From Lama guanicoe (Eukaryota), in contig MU054323.1 in assembly GCA_013239625.1 (NCBI GenBank), positions 9,765,186 to 9,829,185 on the forward strand: a stretch of 64,000 nt of DNA, in the 5' to 3' direction. Made by a program: the position numbers and the translations under genes. Positions within the stretch are counted from its first letter, which is position 1, and each line of letters begins with the position of its first letter. The notes beneath the pieces are model-generated. The model ran no database searches. It was not told the origin of the DNA and saw only the letters and a program-made list of their open reading frames with translations. Shown in pieces: positions 12,979 to 24,374 of the stretch.

Positions 12979-13046
12979 ACAGCAGTGGGAGCCCGACCCA
13001 GCAATGCCAGTGACCTCCTCACATCTTGGAGGGGCCTCTCCTGGAG
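12979..13046 (+). CDS. PLB1: PLB1 exon, TAVGARPSNASDLLTSWRGLSW(S)
   Basis: cctttcag| acceptor, GAG|gtgaga donor, 68 nt; RGLSWS motif. Confidence 0.94.
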
Positions 13047-13294
13047 GTGAGAGTGTTCTCCACTCATTCTCTGTTGATGACACTCCCCCAAAGAGGCATG
13101 GGTGGTGTGTTTCCCCTGTCACCCCTCTGGAGACAAGGCCGGGTACCCATGGCCCGGTGCTGAGATGCAGAGATGCCCTGGTACTCATGCTAGACCTAAG
13201 AGCGATGGGAAACCTGCTCCAGGGTAGACTCTCTGGTTCTGACTCAGAAATAGGATGACCTGTGGTTTTAACAAATGTGCTTTCTCCTCCCCAG

Positions 13295-13338
13295 CATTGG
13301 AGGGGATGGCAACTTGGAGACCATCACCACACTGCCTA
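13295..13338 (+). CDS. PLB1: PLB1 exon, (S)IGGDGNLETITTLP(N)
   Basis: ctccccag| acceptor, |gtaagt donor, 44 nt; frame continuous. Confidence 0.94.
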
Positions 13339-13556
13339 GTAAGTAGCAACACAGAGAAGCACCATTACTGTGGCCATAACAACCCCTCATGGAGGCCAGG
13401 GGCCTCCCTCTGGGCAAGGGAAGAGAGGGTTGTCTGTAAGGAGGGAAGGCAGCCAGCCCTGAAAAGACCCAGAACCATCCCACCCCACACCTGAGCCCCA
13501 ACCCTGCACGTCCATCTCCCTCTCACCTGTGCTGTCTGCTCCCTCCCTCTCCGAAG

Positions 13557-13656
13557 ACATTCTGAAGAAGTTCAACCCTGAAATCCTCGGCTTCTCCACT
13601 GGCACACAGGAGGAGATGGCAGGGCTGAATGTAGCAGTGGAAGGGGCCAGAGCTTG
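13557..13656 (+). CDS. PLB1: PLB1 exon, (N)[32 protein letters not shown](W)
   Basis: Pyrimidine tract plus ccgaag| acceptor, |gtgagt donor, 100 nt; LNVAVxGA block II. Confidence 0.94.
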
Positions 13657-13764
13657 GTGAGTAGATGTGGGTACCGGAGGCACAGAGGAGGGCAAGGCTA
13701 AGAGATCAGGGAAAAGAGAAGAGTGGTGTCTGGGAGCCTGGTCCCTAGACAGGCAGGAGTAGCT

Positions 13765-14345
13765 GCAGTGCACGGAGCACTTCTGCGTGCCCAGCCCTTA
13801 GCTGCCCCCTCACATGGATGGTCTCCTGTAATCCTCACAGCTGTTGAGATGGGTACTAGCATGAGGACCCATCATAGAGGAGGTGGGCACTGACAAAGGT
13901 CTTCGAGAATGAATCAGAGAGTTAAGGACTAGAAAGGAGAGAGTCTGGTGCTCCTGGAGGGGATGGAGTGGCTGGTGGTAGGCCAGTCCAGGGCCCTCAT
14001 GCTTCACATCAACTTGCTTAGACCTGAAGGTTTGTGTGGACAGGAAAGGAGGGGGCGAACAAGGACAGGAAATTGGAAACCAGATCATGGTGAGCTCAGC
14101 ACATTGGGGAAGGGGTTTGGCTTTGACCCTGTGGATTAGGGAGACCTGCCGAAAAGTCAGAGTCGGGGGAGACATGAAGGAACAGGTGTGCTTGGAAGAG
14201 CGAGCGAGCAGCCTGATGAGAAGGGAGCTGGGTACTAGCATGAGGCTTAGACCGTTTCCTGAATGGCCCAAGGTTGTCAGAGCAAGTGATCAGAGGAGCC
14301 GGGATCAGACCAGGCTGAATCAGAGCCTTCGCTCTGCCCACTGCC
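13765..14345 (-). mobile_element. MIR SINE split by the 13874-14227 insertion
   Basis: atcctcacag..gatgggtact.. | gaggcttaga..gcccaaggttgtcagagcaagtg..agccgggatc..cagagcc rejoin into the reverse-complement MIR core. Confidence 0.65.
13874..14227 (+). repeat. Intronic direct repeat, copy 2 (inferred insertion), flanked by the 17-bp duplication TGGGTACTAGCATGAGG
   Basis: Copy of 12278-12628; identical 17-mers at 13850-13866 and 14229-14245. Confidence 0.95.
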
Positions 14346-15444
14346 CTGTAACCGCCTCTCAGGGCAGCAGGAGGAAGCACTCGAGGGTGGTGGACAGGAA
14401 GCACGTGGCCCAGGGCCAGGGTGCCATCCAGCTGACTCCAGCCGACCTCCCCGCCCAGTGGAGGCTGGGGTCAAACATGCAGGCGACTCTCAGCACCTCA
14501 GGTACACGGTATGGCCCCATGGATGGCCGCCCTTCCCCTTTCCCCTCTCTGGCCTCCGAATCTCCAGCCCTTGACTCTGCAAAAGCCATACGTTGACACC
14601 AGGGAGTTAGATGGTAGATCCCCGAAACACCATGGCAATTGTTTGTTTTCACTCGGATTTGTATTGTTGACAACAACCCAGATAATTAAAGTTGAAAGCT
14701 CTGGCAGAGTTCATTGATTTTTCTGCACAGAGCGTGCTGGGTCTTTTGCTTTGTACAAGGGTTGCTGCACTCAGATCACCAGGGAAACGGAATTGGCTTG
14801 ACTCATTCTGTTTACAGGGAGCGTTCCTTTCAGACACGGTAGGAAGGGCCCCACGCTTGGTGTGAGTCTCTGAGCCACAGGAAGCGATGTCAGTTCCTCA
14901 GCGTCATAAGCAGGAAGAAATTATTTTTCTGTAAAAATTGGGCTTCGGGGGGCCATAGTTTCAACACCTAGTTACTGTTATTACCATTATTATTATTATT
15001 ATTATACAGCCCAGGCTTCATTAACCAGGAATGGATTCCTTAGACTGTTGACATTCAAGCCCCTTTCCCCTTTCTTGCTTCACTTCTCTTAAGCTGTCTT
15101 TTTCTATTTTACTGCTGCTTGCTGCCTCCCCCAGAACAAATAGTGGCAGGGGAAGTGGCCGAGGCACGCAGCTTCTTGTTAGTGTCTCTGAGGTACTGTG
15201 TTAGGGGAAAGGAGAGGAAGCCATTGACCTAAGTAAGCAAGGCTGGAGGATTGTTCTACGAGCCTCCCTTATCTGAGAAGTAGGGGCACGGATGGTACCA
15301 CGTATGCTGGGCCACGTGCACAGCTCATCGTGGGCACGCAAAGATTTCAAATGCCCATCCTGTACCAGTTACTGCTTTTATGACTTCTTCCATGGAAGCC
15401 TCCACTGGCTGTATCCCTTCTCATATACATATCTTTTTTAAAGA

Positions 15445-15915
15445 AAAACAACAGCTTTATTGAGGTATAATTGACACGAGTACACTGCACATATAAAAAG
15501 TGTGCACTTTGATAAATTTGACACTTGCATTTACCTATGAAAACATTACTGCAAGCAAGATGATAAATATGTCCAAGACCTCCCAGTTTCCCTGTGCTTC
15601 TTTGTAATCAATGGCTCCCTCCTGCCCCTTTCCTGTCTCCCACTCCATTCCCTGGGCCTCAGGGAACCACTGACCTGCTTCCTTGTCATTATGGATTAGT
15701 TTTGATTTTCTAGAATTTTACATTTCTAGAATTTTCTAGAATAATAGCTTTTCTCTTGTCTAACTTCTTTCACCCAGCAAAATTACGTCTGCCGGGGAGA
15801 TACTTCCCCGTTGTCATGTGTATCACTGGTTCACACCCCGTATCGCTGTAGGGTTCCGGTGACGTATCTCTTATCCAGAAGCATTCATTTCCTTATAGAC
15901 GGCAGACATCTGGGA
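15445..15915 (-). mobile_element. Old L1 3' UTR fragment (L1MB/MC-like)
   Basis: acagctttattgaggtataattgaca... and accactgacctgct...ttttctagaatttta are hallmark L1M 3' end motifs. Confidence 0.75.
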
Positions 15916-16542
15916 GGTGAAGGGAGAGCTAGTGCCGTCCAAATTTGTCTCCCCCATCCTGTTTTGTGGGAGGCAGGGGAGAGTGAGGAGATGAGAGTGG
16001 TGTGGGAATCAGAAGTAACTACAGAGAAGAAAAACAAAAGGATTAAAGGAGCAGAGAGTGGGACTCAGAGGTAAAGGTTAAAGGAATCATGAAGCCTGGT
16101 GAGGAGAAAGCTGAGCATTCATTTAGGGCAATGACTTTTTTCAAACATACAGAAGGTTATTTTTAAAACAGGCAGCTGAAGAACTGAACAGGCTCAGCCT
16201 GTAATGAAAGACCTGGATGATATAAGGGAACATCCCTGATGGGAAGGATGAGCAGATTCCCCCACTAAAGTGGCCACAGAGGACTAGGCCTGCCGGAGGG
16301 GGCAGTTGGATGCATGTCAGCCCCCGGCAGGGTCTGGAGTGACGTGGTGCCGAGACCCACGGCAGATCTTTATTTTCACTAGGTTGAGATTTCTTGAGAA
16401 TTGAAAGCCTTTCGATACATGCTGAAGGAATGAACTTTGTATGACTTTTTTCTTCCTGAAACATCTTGCCAGGCCCAAATCCTACAGCTTGAGCCCTTGC
16501 TCCTGAGCCAGCTCTAACATCCCTGTCTCTTCCCCCACCTAG

Positions 16543-16594
16543 GGACATGCCTGCCCAGGCCCGGGACCTCGTGGAGCGAATGAAAAACAGCCCT
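16543..16594 (+). CDS. PLB1: PLB1 exon, DMPAQARDLVERMKNSP
   Basis: cccacctag| acceptor, |gtgagt donor, 52 nt, restores phase 0. Confidence 0.93.
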
Positions 16595-17510
16595 GTGAGT
16601 CCAGGACCCGGGGTCACCCCAAGAGGTGCTCTGTCTCTAGCTGGGGGGCTGAAAGAGCTCCCTCTGCCCCACAGCAGCTCAGGCTGGTCTTCAAGAGGGG
16701 CCAGATGAGCTCAGAGGAGATGGGTGTCCACCTCGACGCCACCTCCGCTCCAGGGACTGCTGCAGGCAGAGATGGAGCGGAGTCCGGGGAGGTGGCAGGC
16801 CTTGGCCTGGCAGCTTTCTACTTAACCCAAGAGTTGGCTTCCCAAGCCCTATTATGTAAACTTTGGCTTCTAAAAATAGGTATCTCATTCCAATCCTTCC
16901 TCCTTCCTGCTCCCTTGGCCCCTCTAAACCTTCTCACTAGCACTTTTTAAAATGCTCTGCGTTTATGCCTTGGAATTTGGCTCCTGGCAGGACTCCTACA
17001 ATGGCTGAGTGGAAAGCAGGCTCCTCCCCAGCCCCCGCCCCACCCTTGGTCCACCCTGGGCTCCTCCTTCACACCCTCCTCCTCCCCGCTCCCCGGACCC
17101 AGACCCAAAGGGCTCTCCCCAGAGCCAGCGCTGGGCTTTTGCTTCTAGATGGCTCTTTTGTCCTCGGCTCCCCTTTGAAGGCCTATAGATCATGTTTTCA
17201 GGGTGTGTTAATACATTCCACCTCACCCTGGACTGCAGCTCTCCTAAGAGGCTCTCAAAGAGCAAGCAGCCCTCTGTGCTGTGTGAGCAGGCATGCACGC
17301 ACGCACACGCACACGCACGCACAGTGCTCTGGGTGGAGTCCTTGACCAGCGCAAAGGTGAGGGTGAGGGAGGCCCCACTTGGCATCTTCTCTTCACTGTG
17401 ATGCGAAGACGGTGGAAGGCACATGGGGGGCCATCTGGCCTGGTGAGCACCCCTTACACGTGACACCACCCCCCGCACCAAGGTCTAAACAGTATCTCCT
17501 GTCCCCTCAG

Positions 17511-17591
17511 AAAATCAACCTAGAGAAAGACTGGAAGCTCATCACACTCTTCATTGGGAGCAACGACTTGTGTCATTACTGCGAGAATCCG
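17511..17591 (+). CDS. PLB1: PLB1 exon, [27 protein letters not shown] (block III GxND)
   Basis: cccctcag| acceptor, CCG|gtaggc donor, 81 nt. Confidence 0.96.
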
Positions 17592-18875
17592 GTAGGCCCC
17601 AGCCCAGCCCCGCCCCCTCGGGGACCTGAGAAAGGAGCAGCTGGCCAAGGTCACTGTCCATACCCAGAGCCGGACCTCCCTCAGGAGGGTGCCACGGGCC
17701 AGCTCTCCCAGGCACCCGAGCCTGCCCAGCAGCCATGGCTCACACGTGCAGGAGACGCTGAGTGGCCACCACATTGATTCCGTGATTCCAGAAGTGTCTG
17801 GAGGTACCCACCCTGCAGGCACTACCGAGGTGGCGGCCTCTCTCACACTGTTCGTTGGTATCCAATGGATAACCACCCCACCTGCGTGGAATCCCTGCCC
17901 CTGGTGTTTTGGTGTTTTTTGGCAGGTGGGGGTGTAGGAGAAGGCCAAAACAGTGTCATAAATAGGGTTGATAAAACTGAACCCATCCGATCGACGGCTT
18001 GCTGTCCTTCAGGGACAACACGAACTACCCAATCTCAGCCGGTCTGGGAACCCTACCCGTTCCTAACGTTTCTATGGGGAAATAAGTCCAAACTTTTGGA
18101 AGTTGTAATTTCTGGAATGTATCTTATTCTCAGTTGAGGATGTGCTATATTTTATTGGGCCAGAAAATAAGCAGCTACCACAACTCAAAGGTCGTGGTAG
18201 AATGTTTGACAGCCACAGGCAGCAGGGAGAAGGCATTTATCATTCCTTGTGGCTCAGAGACAGTCACCAAATTCTTGATGAGAACCAGCCTCCCCCACCC
18301 AGGGGCTCTTCCCCTCACTGCCCAGAATCTAGAGGCAGAAGTGACCCCCCCAATTCCTGTCCCTCACGCAAACAGGTTTACGCTCCTGAGAGCATCTTTT
18401 TGTGGAAAGGACCCCAAGACCACCACCAGGATTAACTCAGGCCAAATCAGCCTCCAGTTGGGAAATGGGTCAGAGGTGGGACCCTTGGGCTGAGTCGGGG
18501 GAGGCAGTGCAGAGGGTTCCAGACAGCAGGGCCAGCACAGGCCAAAGGTCAGAGGAACAAGAGAACATGGCCACGGGGGTCCTGTTGTGGCTGGGAAGGC
18601 AGAGGCCAGTGGGATGGAGCAGGAGGCGGTGTGGCCCAGCACAGACAGGGCCTGCCTTTGGGTTGGAGAAACTATGCAGCAGGGTGGGGTGGGGACTGTT
18701 CATGGCGTCTAGCTAAGGGTCAAGGTGCGTGACTTCGTCTAAGAGACTGTCCACCAGCAACAAGGGCTGGGTTTCCCAGCCCGTCCAGTGCCCTTCTGTG
18801 CTGGGCATCAGGCTATTCTCCTCCTCCTCTCAGTGTGCAGCCCAGGGGCTGAAGAGAACCGTTCTTTCTTCACAG

Positions 18876-18941
18876 GAGGCCTACTCGCCCGGGGAGTATC
18901 TTCGGCACATCCAACAGGCCCTGGACATCTTCTACAAGGAG
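18876..18941 (+). CDS. PLB1: PLB1 exon, EAYSPGEYLRHIQQALDIFYKE
   Basis: ttcttcacag| acceptor, GAG|gtagga donor, 66 nt. Confidence 0.94.
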
Positions 18942-19475
18942 GTAGGAAAGCGCAGTGGCACGTTCCTGGGCCCCACTTCCTGCCAGCAGCCTGGCTGGAT
19001 GCTCACTCACCAGGGGCTGCTCCCTGGGTGCGTCCAGACAAGTTGTGTTCAGCAAGATGCACGCTGAGCACAGCCCCACCTCCAGCAGGTACCTGGATGG
19101 GATGGGAGGGAGGTAGCTGCCCAGCTCATCTAAGGGGAGGATTCTAACTGGATCTGACTGTGTGGTTTGGTGGCAAAGAACTTGTTTCTGGGGCCAGTTG
19201 GCCTGGTTGGTAGCCAGGCATTGTGGCTTACTAGCACTGGGACTTTGAGCAAGTGGCTTCTGTGTCTCCAATTGCCAGTCTGTAAAGTGGGGTCAATAAA
19301 GAAGGTTCCAAGAGATAATAAAAGGCATGTTCCCTCTCTGGGCCTCAGTTTATTGGTTAAACTGAGGAGGGGGACATGAGAGTGTAGATGATCCCCCCAG
19401 GCTCTCATAAGCAGTGACCAGTGCCCTCTAAAACTGCTTGGAGACTTCTAAAACCCACCCTTCTGCTCCCCACAG

Positions 19476-19570
19476 CTTCCAAGGGCTTTCGTCAACTTGG
19501 TGGAGGTCATGGAGCTGGCTGGCCTGCACCAGGGCCAAGGCGGGAAATGTGTCATGCCACTGGCTGCCCA
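19476..19570 (+). CDS. PLB1: PLB1 exon, [31 protein letters not shown](Q)
   Basis: ccccacag| acceptor, |gtaagt donor, 95 nt; PRAFVNLV motif. Confidence 0.94.
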
Positions 19571-20824
19571 GTAAGTACACGTACGTGGCCCCAGGGCTGA
19601 GGCACCTGGGGAGAGCAGGGCTCACAGCTGCTAGGGGGTGAGACCCATGCAGGCAGAGCCAGACAGGCCTGGCCAGCAGGCAGACATCAGCAATTAGCCA
19701 GGGGCTTGGGAACCCATCTGGAAATGCCGCTACATTACTGAATGCTTACTGTACGTAAGTCAATTTATTCCTCTGGACCTGAGTTTGCTTTTCTGAAAAG
19801 TGAGGCAGACGGATCAAATGATCCGTAAGGGCCCCTGACATTGTCTGTGATGCCAGACTCCAACTTCAGCGAGTTGTTCCGTATTTGAGAGGCAGCACCA
19901 GGCAAGGAGGTTTCAAGACAGCCGTATCTGGCCTCAAATCCTGGCTCTGCCATTGAGAAGCTACGGACCTTGTACAAACCACACAAATTCTCTGGGCCTT
20001 TTACTCCCACCTGTAAAATCTCCTTTCAGAAATGCCCGTAAAATGCATGGTCCCCGTGGGGCAGGGACTCAGGAAACAGCAGCTTTTATAACATCCTTGA
20101 TAGGACTGTCCTTGAAAGCCAGGCTTGGAGCTAAGGTACAACGTGCAGGATGAGAATTCCTGTTGGGGCTGGAATCTTATTGAAGCTCAGCTCTGACCCT
20201 GTAGAAAGTCACCATCTTCTGAGGCCAAAGGGTCAAAGTCCTTGTGACTGCTGTTATGGGGGAGGAGATTCTGCCGGGGCGGAGGAGTCCTATCAGGGCC
20301 AGATTTGCTGGGCAGGTGACCAGGTGGTTCCCTTTCTTCCTGGAATTTGGCCCCACATGGAGATGCCAAGGGCTGGAGGCTGCTGGCTGACCCTCCCCAG
20401 CTGCCCAAGAGACCCCCTCACTCTGCAGCCCGAGGGCGAGTCCGAAACAGCTGAAGGTAGAGATGGGAACAGGAGGAAGAAAGGCTGGGCCACCATGGCA
20501 GTCGTCCCAAAGCCCCAGCGCTGTCCCTCCCCAGTCCTCCTCCACAGCAACCCTAGGAGCCGCGGGCTTGGGTAGAGCAGCCAATTGGGCAGCCTGTCCA
20601 CAGGAGAGCTGGGCATTGGGTGCCAACTCTTCCACCTTCTGGACCTCGTGCCCCTGAGCTGCAGTTCTGTGACCTGGGCTCCAGAGGCAACAAGGTTGTG
20701 TTGTGGGGGCAACTGTGTGTGGCCAACCTCCCCCGTGAGGCAGCAAGGGGTCCAGCAGCTTCTGGGAGTCGGGGGGTGGTGTCAGCCTCCCCGGGGCACA
20801 GCCACAGGACTGCTTGTCTCCCAG

Positions 20825-20906
20825 GAGCAACTGCACCTGCCTCCGAGGCTCCCAGGAGAACTCCCCGGAGATGCAGAAACTGAAGACAGTGAACTGGAAC
20901 TTCCAG
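20825..20906 (+). CDS. PLB1: PLB1 exon, (Q)SNCTCLRGSQENSPEMQKLKTVNWNFQ
   Basis: tctcccag| acceptor, CAG|gtgaac donor, 82 nt, frame continuous. Confidence 0.92.
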
Positions 20907-21717
20907 GTGAACCTGCCCCCCTCTCCCTGCACCCCACAATCCATCTTTACTCCTACAGCAAGGATTCTGAAAGTATGCGGTGAGCAAGGTCACTCTCTCA
21001 AGGCAGATCCTAGCCCCCAAAATGCATATCCAGGCAAATCAAACACCAGTGCTGGGGGGTGGGGGCAGGAAACCTCAGCAAGGGAGCTAGGAGAACCCTG
21101 CCTCCCCACCCTCTTCAGCCCTGAGCAGGGGAGCGGCTCTCAGCTCCCAGAGGTGGCACCATCCCCTACCCAGAGGAGAGAGGGGCTGTGTTCACTGCCC
21201 TTGGTCTCCCTCCCTCCTTAGCTTCTCAAGTCCATCTCTGCTCTTGCTGCCCCTCCCTTGACCTGCCCACCCCCCACCTCCCTGCAGCATGTCCATCTCA
21301 TGAGCAGGACCTGTCTTCTCACCTCCTCTAAGGAGTTGCCCCCTCACATAGCTCCCCGTGGCAACTTCCACCAGCACTTTGCTGACCCAAAGCCCTATTT
21401 GGTTCTCGTGGTTTTTACATCTCGTCTCACATTTCCCCAGATGGATTATAAGCTCCTTGACGATAAGCACATCTAGTCTATCCCTTTTATGGTCCATATT
21501 TTGGCACTTAATCCAAAAACCATGGACACTCATTTCAGAGAGGAGCTAGGGTGGTGCCCACGCCTGGTACAAACTAAGCAGGTGCACCGAAGCAGCTCCT
21601 TTGAACCACTTGGCCCCCGACACAACCCACCCAAGCCCACAGGAACAGACCCCGTCTGCCCAGCCTTGCCTGCCCAGCCTTGCCGGGAGGTTGAGCAGCC
21701 TCTCTCCCCATCCCCAG

Positions 21718-21822
21718 AGCGGCCTCTCCAGGTTCTCCTACCAGCACGAGTACCTGCAGCGCGAGGACTTCGCCGTGGTCGTGCAGCCTTTCTTCCAGAA
21801 CACTCTCGTCCCTCTGAATGAC
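21718..21822 (+). CDS. PLB1: PLB1 exon, [35 protein letters not shown]
   Basis: tccccag| acceptor, |gtaagc donor, 105 nt; paralogous to exon 151-255. Confidence 0.95.
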
Positions 21823-22347
21823 GTAAGCCGCGGGCATGTCTGGGAGGCGCGTGTGTAGAAGCCAGATCTTAGGCAATGTGTTTCCTTCTCTTTGTGGGAC
21901 TTTCTGGGCCATCTCTCTCCAAGAGTGCTCCCAAGGAGTTGCTTTTTCTGCTTTTCCTCCTTTTCTCTGCTCCCCACCTTTTGGGGGGGGCATCACTAGA
22001 GCTTAGATGTACTTGGAAAGAAAAGGAGAAAATTAACAGTGGCCAAGTTTTCCAGGCATGGCCCTGTGATTTACTGGACTGGGATAAAATGGAAAGCTTC
22101 CAAAAAATGTTATTATTCCTTTTCAACTATTAGGGCAGAGAGGCTGAAGGCAGAGGGATGGGCGATGGATGGCTATACTTTTTAAAAAATAAAAATTCCC
22201 AAATCAGGGAGTTTCTCCATCAATATTGGGGCCAGTTGGCAGCAGACTTGAAGGGATGAAAGTGAAAAGGCTCAGGGCACTGCTGGGTTGGGGGGCAGGT
22301 AGCAGTGCCCTTGTCCCAGAAGATAATCCCCTTGACTCTACTCACAG

Positions 22348-22443
22348 CGAGGGGGCGCTGACCTCACCTTCTTCTCTGAGGACTGTTTCCACTTCTCAGA
22401 ACGCGGGCACGCAGAGATGGCCATCGCTCTCTGGAACAACATG
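22348..22443 (+). CDS. PLB1: PLB1 exon, [32 protein letters not shown] (repeat IV block V DxxH)
   Basis: ctcacag| acceptor, ATG|gtgagt donor, 96 nt; paralogous to exon 1236-1331. Confidence 0.96.
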
Positions 22444-23952
22444 GTGAGTGCCGGAGGGTCCAGCCAGCTTGTGTCGGGGGCGGGGGGCAACCCCAGGATA
22501 CTGCTCTCTTTCCCGTAACAACAAACCTGCTGACTGACATGGTTCCTTTCTCCCTGAAGTTCAAAATCTCCCTCTATCCTTCTCTCCCTCTCACCCTGTC
22601 CCGCTGAGCTAGCCCTCGCTCTAGCTACCTTACTTTCCCCCAGGCTCAGCTTTATCTCCTTCAACTCAGGGAATCTGCTGGGTTCCCGGTTCCCCACTCT
22701 AGCCCTCTAACTGCTATAGTGCTGACACCGTATACTTGTTTTGCTTTCACATAGATAGAAACTCAAATTAACAGATAGTGAGAAGCATAACCAGGGTTTC
22801 TTAAGAAGTTGGGGGAAATCAATTATTACTATGATGTTTTGATTCTATTGTTGTTTTGCTTTGTTTGGCTTCATCCCCAAGTACTTCATGTTGAAGACTC
22901 ATTCAGAGCTCCTATCTGCCCAGTAATCTTGCATGAGTTCACACCTTAAATATTTCCCTAACTAGCTGGATTTGGAGATACTATTATGTAGGACAAAGGA
23001 GGTTATTCTTTCGGGAATGTCCCCATGCTGCTGGGGAATAACTTTGTCATCAGATAGACGGGATCAGAATGTCAGCTTCAACCCCTTAATGGTGTGACCA
23101 TGGGCAAATGATCTCTCTCCAACCATTTGTATCAATATCATCTACAAAAATAACAAAAATGTATACACAGCCCCCAGCACAATAATAGGCCTTCAACAGA
23201 TGTCAGCCCTGTTACTCCAGTCTCGACACACTCCCAACTATTATTTCCTTACACATCACAGAGGAAAGAGCCCCTCAGCCTGTTTCCCCTGGCTGCCACC
23301 TATTCTAGTCTTTTCTGATGGGGAGAATGGGGACCTAATGAAATGAACCTACAGCCCAGGGCCACAGGAACAACCCAGCCTTGTGCCTTGCCTCTGCCCT
23401 TTATGTCTGGCCACTCACTACTGGACAATCAGCTGTGTTTGCACAGAGCTTGACTGTTCACCCTGAGAGCTGTATCCTCCTGCACAGAGCAAATGAAATG
23501 CCTTTCCAACCCACTGGCTTCTTTTGATCTAGGCTCAGCGGGTAACCCAATCCCCACCCCAACCTGCATGCTCCCTCATTTCTCCCATGGTGACGGAACA
23601 GTCCCCACTCCTGCTCCTTTTATCGCAGTGTCAGGCCCACTGTGGCGCTGCCAACCAGCACTGTGCAAATATTCCCACAGCTGTCCGCTCGCCCAGTATG
23701 TCCAGTGTCTCACTCGGCTGACTCACAGTGTTGATTTTCTCCTTAGCTACGCCACCTCCTCCTCTCTAGCAACCTCTTCTTCTCAGGACAGCATGGGAGG
23801 AGGTTTTATCCTCGGCCTACTTAACTGCAGACTCAGCCTTCCTCTGCTTTTGTTTTCCCGGTGTTTTCCTCCTGTTGACATCACATTCTGCCCACTCTTA
23901 GAACTTTCATCACATCTGTCAGCCTAGGACTCAGAATTGCAATCAAAACGTC

Positions 23953-24374
23953 TTTTTTTTTAAATTGAAGTATAGTTGATTTACAGTATTGTGTTAGTTT
24001 CAGATGTACAGCAAAGTGATTCATTAGTGTGTGTGTGTATATATATACAAAAATTCATTTGTGTGTGTATATACATATATATACACAAAGAGTATATATA
24101 TATATATATATACTCTTTTTGATTTTCTTCCATTATAGGTTATTACAAGGTATTGAATATAGTTCCCTGTGAAATGCAGTAGAATCTTACATACAGTAGT
24201 TTGTATCTGTTAATCACATACTCCTAATTTATCACTCCCTCCCCCTGCCCCTTTGGTAACCATAAGTTTGTTTTGTTTTCTGTCTGTGAATCTGTTTCTG
24301 TTTTGTAAATAAGTTCATTTGTACTATTTACATGTAAGTGATATCATATATTTGTCTGTCTCTGTGTGACTTCA
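23953..24374 (-). mobile_element. 5'-truncated lineage-specific L1 3' end with TSD
   Basis: polyT then aattgaagtatagttgatttac..cagatgtacagcaaagtgattca..; TSD caaaacgtct (23944-23953) / caaaatgtct (24375-24384). Confidence 0.85.

Noticed and set aside
12356..14139. Two near-identical 61-63 aa ORFs suggesting a duplicated small gene
   Set aside because: By-product of the 350-bp intronic duplication; non-ATG starts and L2-like sequence
13651..16565. Trp formed across the exon junction (ARAWDMPAQARDL) where I recall Arg in human
   Set aside because: The frame stays open; a single substitution compared only from memory, and not evidence of pseudogenisation
20177..20944. 255-aa minus-strand ORF and the other 60-190 aa ORFs in the track
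   Set aside because: No recognisable domain; GC-rich intronic or antisense sequence, often with non-ATG starts. The only coherent coding signal is the spliced PLB1 exons.
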